A stretch of DNA of 61,870 nt from Thermodesulfovibrionales bacterium. Lineage in GTDB: Bacteria > Nitrospirota > Thermodesulfovibrionia > Thermodesulfovibrionales > SM23-35. Positions 18,580 through 25,777 of this stretch are shown here, in pieces. Under the pieces are notes generated by a model, which saw nothing but the letters and a program-made list of their open reading frames with translations, had not been told where the DNA came from and did no database searches. Where the stretch lies: the NCBI GenBank assembly GCA_041660325.1, contig JBAZWR010000003.1, positions 1 to 61,870 of the forward strand, read 5' to 3'. Numbering within the stretch: the first letter of the stretch is position 1; each line of letters opens with the position of its first letter. A program made the position numbers and the translations under genes.

Positions 18580-19008
18580 ATGAACAATGCAAATTGCAAA
18601 GTTAAAAATGAAAAATTTGCGATTTGCATTTCCCGAAGGGGTTTCACCCTCCTCGAAGTCCTCGTAGCCGTTTCGATAATGGGCATTGCGATTGCCGTTA
18701 TACTACAGCTTTTCTCGGCCAACCTGCGCAACATATCCGATTCAAGCGACTATGTAGCGGCGGCGACAAGGGCGGAGGTTAAAATGATGGAGGTGCTGGA
18801 CAACCACAGCCTCGTGGAAAAATCGTACAGTGAAATAACAAACGATGGGTACAGGATGGATATCGCTATAACCGAAACATTAAAAGAGCGGACGGAAAAC
18901 CTTCAGGTGAGGCTTTTCGAAATAGCGTTGACCGTACGCTGGACAAAAGGTACAAAGGAAAAATCCATGACGCTCAGGTCTATGAAGGTTGTCAGAAAAG
19001 AGATCTGA
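18580..19008 (+). CDS. gspI: Minor pseudopilin, GspI-like
   Basis: It has the signal RRG|FTLLEVLVAVSIMGIAIAVILQLF, and its size of about 140 aa is typical of GspI. I chose the ATG at 18580, just after the gspH stop. Confidence 0.55.
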   Translation: MNNANCKVKNEKFAICISRRGFTLLEVLVAVSIMGIAIAVILQLFSANLRNISDSSDYVAAATRAEVKMMEVLDNHSLVEKSYSEITNDGYRMDIAITETLKERTENLQVRLFEIALTVRWTKGTKEKSMTLRSMKVVRKEI

Positions 19009-19022
19009 TTATGCAGAATTAT

Positions 19023-19238
19023 CTAAACGTTGCAAAAACGGCAGAACAGACACAATGAAAAGTCTTCTAATGCGACAAAAGACTATATTCCGAGCACATA
19101 AATGCAGATATAATCTGCGGTGTCTTTCAGAAAAAGGTCATAACGTTGCATTAAGGTACATTAAGGTGTCGCTACAAGACCGTTTCATCGTGTCCGCCCT
19201 GCCGTTTTTAGTAAATTTCTGCAACTGGTGAGATTATC
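19023..19238 (+). repeat. Intergenic structured repeat, copy B (longest copy, inside the secretion operon)
   Basis: By eye it is about 85% identical to copy C over two blocks: 19037-19132 versus 23731-23819, and 19201-19238 versus 23820-23856. Between those blocks it has an extra insert of about 68 nt. The ends AAAAACGGCAGAACAGACAC (19036-19055) and GTGTCCGCCCTGCCGTTTTT (19190-19209) are near-complementary. Confidence 0.6.
19135..19151 (+). promoter_or_regulatory. Sigma-54-like -24/-12 element (aGGtcataacgTTGCAt)
   Basis: The GG-N10-GC spacing is correct and the -12 TTGCA is exact. The -24 element matches only at GG. It lies 89 nt upstream of the gspJ-like ATG, and an NtrC-type activator is encoded nearby. 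Confidence 0.3.
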
Positions 19239-19239
19239 A

Positions 19240-19902
19240 ATGAAAAATGTACATTTAAAAATTTTTGATTTTTTTAATTCCCGCAAGGCGGGGTTTACCA
19301 TTCTTGAGTTGACGATTTCGATTTCATTAATCGGGCTCATTGTTCTGATAATCCTCGGCGCCCTGAGACTCGGATACCGGTCCATAGAGTCGGGGGAAAA
19401 GAGAATAGAATATCTTGAGAGGATAAGGTCCTCGTTTAATATTATCGATTCCCAGATCCAGTCATATTCGGCTTTGACCTATGAAGATCAGGGCGAGAAA
19501 AAACACTATTTCATAGGAAAACGCGGCCTTATGCAGTTTTCTACCAACTATTCCGTGTGGGGAGGAGAGAAAGGGTATGTAATAGCTACATATACCGTAA
19601 CGCCTGCCGAAAACGGGAAACAGGTATTGTATGTAACGGAACATATCGTCGGGTTTGAATCGACAAGAGAGGCAAAACTCTTTGATCGTTTTGACACAAT
19701 ATATTTTGAATATTTCTTCAAAGACCCTACGGAAGAGGCAGGCAAATGGGTGGAAGAGTGGACTGAGGAGGAAAGTGTGCCTGAAAAAGTAAAGATCCAT
19801 TTTATTGAAGGCGCCAAGGATCTGCCGATGATAATCCCCTTGAGGATCAAAACGTCTCTGACGGAACAGGACTGGGATAATGCGGCGGATGATGCGGAGT
19901 AG
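19240..19902 (+). CDS. gspJ: Minor pseudopilin, GspJ-like
   Basis: It has the signal KAG|FTILELTISISLIGLIVLIILG followed by RLGYRSIESGEK...IDSQIQS, a GspJ-like layout. The ATG at 19240 is preceded by GGTGAG. Confidence 0.5.
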   Translation: MKNVHLKIFDFFNSRKAGFTILELTISISLIGLIVLIILGALRLGYRSIESGEKRIEYLERIRSSFNIIDSQIQSYSALTYEDQGEKKHYFIGKRGLMQFSTNYSVWGGEKGYVIATYTVTPAENGKQVLYVTEHIVGFESTREAKLFDRFDTIYFEYFFKDPTEEAGKWVEEWTEEESVPEKVKIHFIEGAKDLPMIIPLRIKTSLTEQDWDNAADDAE

Positions 19903-20875
19903 ACATTTGCTATCTATGGATACAAGACCTGAGAATCGTAAACCTGCCGAGCAGGGGATTGCCCTGTTGATGGTCCTCTGGATCCTGACAATCCTGATGC
20001 TTATCGTCTTTTCCTTTTCCTATATGGCAAGGACGGAAACTTATGCCACCATGTCATTTAAGGGAGGTATTGAGAAAAAATTTCTTGCTGAAGCAGGTCT
20101 TGAGCGAGGGATTATGGAACTATTCTACCGACAATTTTACCGGTCTCAGACTATGGACATCGAGGGCAGGGCAATATGGAAAACGGACGACACCCCCTAT
20201 CAGGGGCAGGTCGGCGACGGGCTTTATACGGTGCGCATAACGGATGAAATGGCCAAGGTAGACATTAACACGGTATCTGAGGTAGTATTAAAAAACCTCT
20301 TTTTAAACTTAGGGGTTCAGGCAGAGGAGGTTGATACCATCGTAGACTCCATAATGGACTGGAAAGACCCTGACGATCTTCACAGACTTCACGGGGCTGA
20401 AAGTGATTATTATATGTCCCTGCCCAATCCATACAAAGCCAGGGACGCTAATTTTGAGACGCTTGAGGAACTTCTTCTTGTAAAAGGGATGACGTCTGAA
20501 ATCCTTTACGGGACGAATGAGAAAAAAGGCGCAATAGATTTTCTTACGCTGCACTCGAGGCAAGGGCAAATCAACATCAATTCGGCGTCGAAAGAGGTAC
20601 TTATGTCAATACCCGGCATTACTCCCGAACTCGCCGATGCGATTATAGAAAGGCGAAAGGATGCGGAGATTAAAGACCTGAGAGAGATCGTCCTGCCGCA
20701 GGAAGCCCTGAACTATTTATCCACAGGGGAAGAAAGTTCACGCTTTACCATAAATAGCATTGGCCATAAAAGCAATGAAGCCGGGGGATATGCAATACGG
20801 GCTACTGTCGCTATTTCCGGTCAGGACAACTATAAAATCGTTTATTATAAAAGCCCTGTAACTATAAAACAATGA
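19880..20875 (+). CDS. gspK: Type II secretion protein GspK-like
   Basis: It has a hydrophobic N-terminus, GIALLMVLWILTILMLIV, that lacks the Glu at position 5. Its size and its C-terminal helix-hairpin-helix-like region (ININSASKEVLMSIPGITPELADAII) are typical of GspK. Confidence 0.7.
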   Translation: MRRMMRSRHLLSMDTRPENRKPAEQGIALLMVLWILTILMLIVFSFSYMARTETYATMSFKGGIEKKFLAEAGLERGIMELFYRQFYRSQTMDIEGRAIWKTDDTPYQGQVGDGLYTVRITDEMAKVDINTVSEVVLKNLFLNLGVQAEEVDTIVDSIMDWKDPDDLHRLHGAESDYYMSLPNPYKARDANFETLEELLLVKGMTSEILYGTNEKKGAIDFLTLHSRQGQININSASKEVLMSIPGITPELADAIIERRKDAEIKDLREIVLPQEALNYLSTGEESSRFTINSIGHKSNEAGGYAIRATVAISGQDNYKIVYYKSPVTIKQ

Positions 20876-22425
20876 ACGGCGCAATCGTCATCGATAAATT
20901 AACGACCTTTGCGGCTTCCTCTGCTATGGCATTCAGGAAGCTGTCCGATCCTCTATGGAGGATGCTAACCTTCAGTCTCGCCGATGATAGCGTCTATCCT
21001 GCAAAAGCGGTTTGCGCTGCCATAGAAAAAGGCGGCCTGTCGGTAGCTTATGGCTCAAGGTTTCTGTCAAGGACCATAGTAAAGGGCGCCAGAGACTATC
21101 CGCTTGAAGAAGGGAAATTCCCACAGCCGGATGTTTTTGCATCCTCCCTTTCCTTGGCCGTCAATGACCTCGGTGCGGTAAAGTCTGATATAACCCTGAG
21201 CATACCAAAGGCATGGGCTATAATTAAGACCACGGAGTTCCCCGTAACGATAAAAGAGAACCTTTCAAATGTTGTCGCCTACGAATTAGACAGGATAACG
21301 CCCTTTAGCGCCGACGATGCGTATTTTGATTTCAAGGTCCTTGGTGAAAAGGAGGAGAAGCTCATCCTCCTGATTATTGCGGCAAAAGCCGACCTGATAA
21401 AACCGTATATAGAAGCCCTCGCGGAAAAAGGACTTAACGTCTGCAGAATAACGGTCAATATATCAGGGATAGAGACCCTCTGCCGCTTTGCGGATAAAAA
21501 ATCGGAGAATGTCTTTCTTGAAATACGAAAAGACGGCTATGAAGGCGCCCTATTCCTGAACGGCATGGTAGCAGGGTCTTTTTCAGGCCCTTTTACTGCA
21601 GAGGACGATACGTCAAAACTGAATGTTATAGCAAAGGAAATCGCCCCCTTAATCGATACCCTGAAAATACGGGAGAAGCCTGCGCTCCTTAACGTTATAT
21701 TCAGGGACAAAAATTCCGCTCTCAAAGAGCTGCTGAAATCGGGGCTGCCCTGTACGGTCAAGGTATTGAATGAAACCGGCGTAAACCTGAAAGTTCCGGG
21801 CTACTCAAACGAGTTCCCCTATGCCGCTGTCGGAGGATTGCTCGAATCATTATGGACAAAAGCGTCGAGCCTGAATCTTCTTTTGAGGGGAGTCCATGAA
21901 AAACAAAAGGTCCCCGTTGCGCTGACCATAATCCTCCTGTTTTCAATTATCATAATGTGGGTCCTCTATATAATCGCGCCTTTGAAAATCGAGGAGAAAA
22001 GGGTACTTGAAATAGACCGGCAGATTGCGCTCAGAAAAGATGAAATCAAAAAGATTGAGGCCCTGAATAAAGAAATAGAGGCGGTCAAAACCGAGCTTTC
22101 CGCGATCAACGATTTCAAGCAGGGCAAGCCGATGGCGCTGAACATCCTGAAAGAGCTTACGGCAATTCTTCCCAAAAGCACCTGGCTGTCAAGGGTCAGG
22201 ATCACGGAGACCGCCGTGGAGCTTGAGGGTTATTCAGCTTCAGCTACCGGCATCCTGTCAAAGCTTGAGGCCTCAAGCTATTTCAAAAAAGCCGAGTTCA
22301 CTTCGCCGACCTTCAGGGATGCAAGGATGAATGCGGACCGGTTTAATATAAAAATGGAAATAGAAGGTTTCACAAAAGAAACGCAAGTGAAAAAAGCGGT
22401 ATCGGGGCAGAATGAAGAAGAGTAA
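20872..22425 (+). CDS. gspL: GspL-like assembly protein with PilM-like cytoplasmic and PilN-like periplasmic parts
   Basis: 517 aa, with its start in an ATGA overlap with gspK. A single transmembrane segment (VALTIILLFSIIIMWVLYIIAPL) is followed by a coiled coil and a PilN-like block, WLSRVRITETAVELEGYSASATGILSKLEAS. Confidence 0.6.
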   Translation: MNGAIVIDKLTTFAASSAMAFRKLSDPLWRMLTFSLADDSVYPAKAVCAAIEKGGLSVAYGSRFLSRTIVKGARDYPLEEGKFPQPDVFASSLSLAVNDLGAVKSDITLSIPKAWAIIKTTEFPVTIKENLSNVVAYELDRITPFSADDAYFDFKVLGEKEEKLILLIIAAKADLIKPYIEALAEKGLNVCRITVNISGIETLCRFADKKSENVFLEIRKDGYEGALFLNGMVAGSFSGPFTAEDDTSKLNVIAKEIAPLIDTLKIREKPALLNVIFRDKNSALKELLKSGLPCTVKVLNETGVNLKVPGYSNEFPYAAVGGLLESLWTKASSLNLLLRGVHEKQKVPVALTIILLFSIIIMWVLYIIAPLKIEEKRVLEIDRQIALRKDEIKKIEALNKEIEAVKTELSAINDFKQGKPMALNILKELTAILPKSTWLSRVRITETAVELEGYSASATGILSKLEASSYFKKAEFTSPTFRDARMNADRFNIKMEIEGFTKETQVKKAVSGQNEEE

Positions 22426-22963
22426 AACACTGGTTATTGCCATACCTCTGATGGTGATCCTTTCCGGGGTCCTACTGTATCAATATGTTTACGTGGGCAT
22501 TCAGACTGAAGTTGCATCAATTAAAGAAAGCCAGTCGATAAAGACGACGACCCTTGAAAAGTATATGGCCCTCATTGCCAAAAAGCCCGAACTTGAGAAA
22601 GAGCTTGCCTCATTGAAAGATGAAAGAAAGGCCGAAGACTCAAAACTGATTGAAGGCCAGACGATTTCCCTTGCCTCAGCCACCCTTCAGGATATGGTTA
22701 AGGACGCGGTCACACAGAGCGGAGGGACAATTTCAAGCGAGCGCATAGCAAAATCGGAGGATTTCGGCAAATTTAAGATAATAAGCGTCAGTCTTGATAC
22801 GGTACTGCCTGATACGAGAACATTAAGGGACATCCTTTATGCCCTTGAGACACGGACTCCTTATCTGACCATAAAGGACGTTGACATAAGGGTCAGGAAT
22901 TACAGGGACCCAAGGGACCAGATAGTAAAATTAGATGTGTCCGCTCTGACGGCAAGCAGATAG
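22412..22963 (+). CDS. gspM: GspM/PilO-like assembly protein
   Basis: 183 aa with an N-terminal transmembrane segment, a coiled coil and an alpha/beta C-terminus. It overlaps the gspL-like gene by 14 nt, and its position in the operon fits this call. Confidence 0.45.
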   Translation: MKKSKTLVIAIPLMVILSGVLLYQYVYVGIQTEVASIKESQSIKTTTLEKYMALIAKKPELEKELASLKDERKAEDSKLIEGQTISLASATLQDMVKDAVTQSGGTISSERIAKSEDFGKFKIISVSLDTVLPDTRTLRDILYALETRTPYLTIKDVDIRVRNYRDPRDQIVKLDVSALTASR

Positions 22964-22968
22964 TTTTT

Positions 22969-23379
22969 TCAGACCTTCTCCGGGAAAAGCATTCGATCTC
23001 TTATACAATCTATAAGTTCGGCAATACCGAAAGGCTTTATGAAACATTGACGGGCGCCTGCGTCCAGGGCTTCGGCAATTTCATCCTGTCCGGCATTCCC
23101 TGAAAAAGCTATTGACGCCACATCACGGTTAAGTTTTCTAATAATCCTTAATGCGCTGATACCCCCAAGCCTGGGCATCTGAATATCGAACAGGAAAACA
23201 TCGTAATGTCCGTCAATAAATCGCAGCACCGCGTCCACGCCGTCATTGACAAGATCCACGACATAACCTTCTTCCTCCAGTTCGCTTTTAATTATAATGC
23301 CGAAGTTCTTATCATCTTCCGCTAAAAGAATATTCACCGGACTTGTCTCCCCGGACATGTTCAGATTTTCTTTTATCAT
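22969..23379 (-). CDS. Single-domain response regulator (CheY-like receiver)
   Basis: ILLAEDD...DVFLFDIQMPRLGG...CFIKPF are receiver-domain motifs. The start may instead be the ATG at 23358. Confidence 0.85.
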   Translation of the reverse strand: MIKENLNMSGETSPVNILLAEDDKNFGIIIKSELEEEGYVVDLVNDGVDAVLRFIDGHYDVFLFDIQMPRLGGISALRIIRKLNRDVASIAFSGNAGQDEIAEALDAGARQCFIKPFGIAELIDCIRDRMLFPEKV

Positions 23380-23563
23380 GTATCAATCCGCCGATCATTG
23401 CGAGCAGTTTTTTTCTGTCGGATGCGGTGAGACCCGCTATTTCCGCACAAGCATTAAAAGCTTCACCCTTGAAAAATGAGACGCTTTCTTTTTTCCGCTT
23501 TTTGTCCCATAAATCCTCAATTGACTGCAATATAATGGCTTCTGCAACATTTTTTACCGCCAT
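23312..23563 (-). CDS. Small hypothetical protein
   Basis: The translation is MAVKNVAEAIILQSIEDLWDKKRKKESVSFFKGEAFNACAEIAGL.... Its 3' end overlaps the receiver gene out of frame. I did not recognise a family with confidence. Confidence 0.3.
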   Translation of the reverse strand: MAVKNVAEAIILQSIEDLWDKKRKKESVSFFKGEAFNACAEIAGLTASDRKKLLAMIGGLIHDKRKSEHVRGDKSGEYSFSGR

Positions 23564-23715
23564 AATCGCACCTCTCAAACAGAGCATTATACAGGTAGTA
23601 TTGCAAAACCGATGCCGGCGTGCAACTTATTGATTTTTATAGCTTTGAGAATTGGGATTCAAAAACCGTTCCGGCAATATGCCATAATTGAAGGGCGTAT
23701 TGTCCTGAAGGATTG

Positions 23716-23856
23716 CCCAAACGCCGTACAAACGGCAGTGCAGACACGATGAAAAGTCTTGTAATGCGACTATATTATATGCACATGAATGTAGACATAA
23801 CCTGCGGTGTCTTTCAGAAGCCGTTTGTAATAATTTTTGCAACCGGTGAGATTATC
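23716..23856 (+). repeat. Intergenic structured repeat, copy C (short form)
   Basis: The perfect termini ACAAACGGC (23728-23736) and GCCGTTTGT (23820-23828), together with the inner pair AGACAC/GTGTCT, enclose about 60 nt. Its 3' motif GGTGAGATTATC overlaps the histidine kinase stop codon. Confidence 0.6.
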
Positions 23857-25777
23857 CCGGGAGGACTATACGGAAGGCGGCGCCCTTGCCTTTTTCCGAA
23901 GTTACGCGGATGGAACCCTTATGGTCTTTTATTATTTTATTTGCAATCGAAAGACCGAGCCCTGTTCCGCCCTTTTCGGATTTCGTTGTAAAGAATGAAT
24001 CGAATATTTTTTCGGTTAACCCGGGAGGGATACCCGCGCCGGTGTCGCTGATTATGATAAATATTGAGCCGCCTTCTCCCGGTTCTTTCGATTTCGCGTT
24101 TGAAGCAGACGGGCATATGCCTGTTTCGAGCGTTAAAGCGCCTCTGTCCTCCATAGCGTCGAGCGCATTCAAAATAATCGCAAGAAATACCTGTCTTAGC
24201 TCCCCCTCGCTTCCGTGCGCCGTCAGCATCCCATGATATTTTTTTATAATAGCGACGTCTTTTAGCCTCCCCTGAAATCCGATAAGTTCAAGGGTCTTGT
24301 CAAGCACATAATGGATATCTATCTCTTTTTTTTCATAGATAGTTTTCCTGACGAAAGACAACATGCTCGTCGTAATACCCTTACACCGGACTACTTCCTG
24401 AACAATTATATCTAAGTAGTTTTGAAACAGCTCTTTCTCGAAACGTCCCTTTTTCAGCCTGTTGAGAAGCCCTTCGGCGCAAGCCGCGATTGTAGCAAGA
24501 GGATTGTTTATCTCATGGGCAATGCCGGAAGCCATTTGACCGAGAGCGGCAAGCCTTTCGCTCATAATAAGGCGGATTTCCTGCTCTTTCTTGTCAGTGA
24601 TATCCTGGACCGTTCCAAACATCCTGACAGGCTCATCGCTCTCACCGAACGTTACCTCTCCCTGTCCGTGAACGAATCTCACGGCGCCGTCAGGCAGGAC
24701 AATGCGATGATCAATATTGTAGGTTCTTCCATACAACGCCTCATTCACCGCCCTTTTAAAGAATTCCCTGTCTTCAGGGTGTATGGAATTCAGAAATGCC
24801 TCATAGGTAGTGCCGGACTGCTTTGGAGTCAACCCGAAAATGCGGTAGATCTCGTCGGACCAGTAAAGCTCATTGCTGCGGATGTCCCAGACCCAGTTTC
24901 CAATGTGCGCGATCCGCTGTGCTTCGGCAAGGCTTGCCTCGCTTCTCCGCAGCGCCTTTTCCGCCTTTTTACGCTCGGTAAGGTCCCTGACGATCGTATG
25001 CAGCCTTCCGTCCTCAAGACTGGCAGCGCTTACTTCCACGCTTCTAAGGGTCCCGTTTTTGTGCCGGAATCTCCTTTCAATAACCACCTTTTCACCCGAG
25101 AGGACTTCCTTGTGTCTCAGAGGAACGGCAACAAGGTCCTCATCAGGTATAATGTCCCGGATATTCATTTGAAGAAGTTCCTCCCGTAAAAACCCGAGCA
25201 TCTTGCAGGCCGTAGAATTCACATCTCTGATGTTGGCCTCAGGGTCCAGAATAAATATCCCGTCGGAAGCCTGTTCAATAAGCATGCGATACTTTCTTTC
25301 GCTCTCCCGGAGAGACTGATTGGCCTCTACCAGCTCTCCGGTCCGTTCCCGGACCCGGTTCTCAAGCTCCAGGCATGCTTTGTCTTCAGATACTTTACGT
25401 TCAATCGCATACCGTATGGAGCGGACCAGAAGATCGCTATCGACCTGTCCTTTAACAAGATAATCCTGGGCGCCTTCCTGCAGGGCTCTAACTGCCAGGT
25501 CTTCATCCTCCAACCCGCTCATTATCACAATCGGTTTGCCGGGGAGAATTTCACATGTTTTAACGATTGTCTCAAGTCCCTGCACATCCTGTAGAAAAAG
25601 GTCAAGGAGGATGACATCGATCCGTTCCCTGTCAGGCAATATATGGCATTTCTCCAAGCTGTCGGTATTTATTAATTCGCAGTTGAAAGAATGCGCTCCG
25701 TTAAGCATTTCTTTGACAAGATAAGCATCCGCAGGGTTATCCTCGATGAGGAGTATTTTCAAACGTCTGTTATTCAT
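23852..25777 (-). CDS. Hybrid sensor histidine kinase (REC-PAS-PAS-HisKA-HATPase)
   Basis: 641 aa. It has an N-terminal receiver (ILLIEDNPAD...ILLDLFLQD), two PAS-like regions, the H-box IAHEINNPL, and G-boxes (DTGAGI, GGTGLGLS). Confidence 0.9.
   Translation of the reverse strand: MNNRRLKILLIEDNPADAYLVKEMLNGAHSFNCELINTDSLEKCHILPDRERIDVILLDLFLQDVQGLETIVKTCEILPGKPIVIMSGLEDEDLAVRALQEGAQDYLVKGQVDSDLLVRSIRYAIERKVSEDKACLELENRVRERTGELVEANQSLRESERKYRMLIEQASDGIFILDPEANIRDVNSTACKMLGFLREELLQMNIRDIIPDEDLVAVPLRHKEVLSGEKVVIERRFRHKNGTLRSVEVSAASLEDGRLHTIVRDLTERKKAEKALRRSEASLAEAQRIAHIGNWVWDIRSNELYWSDEIYRIFGLTPKQSGTTYEAFLNSIHPEDREFFKRAVNEALYGRTYNIDHRIVLPDGAVRFVHGQGEVTFGESDEPVRMFGTVQDITDKKEQEIRLIMSERLAALGQMASGIAHEINNPLATIAACAEGLLNRLKKGRFEKELFQNYLDIIVQEVVRCKGITTSMLSFVRKTIYEKKEIDIHYVLDKTLELIGFQGRLKDVAIIKKYHGMLTAHGSEGELRQVFLAIILNALDAMEDRGALTLETGICPSASNAKSKEPGEGGSIFIIISDTGAGIPPGLTEKIFDSFFTTKSEKGGTGLGLSIANKIIKDHKGSIRVTSEKGKGAAFRIVLPG

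Noticed and set aside
18989-19231. ORFs at 18989-19231 and 23713-23991 that share the peptide DTMKSL(L/V)MR.
   Set aside because: The shared peptide is only the translation of the conserved DNA repeat (copies B and C). There is no Shine-Dalgarno sequence, the frames are not conserved outside the repeat, and the second ORF runs antisense into the kinase gene.
15118-23856. Whether the three repeat copies could be a CRISPR array or a tandem repeat.
   Set aside because: The copies are 4-5 kb apart and separated by genes. They are 140-215 bp long and are not regularly spaced. No cas genes are present in the window.
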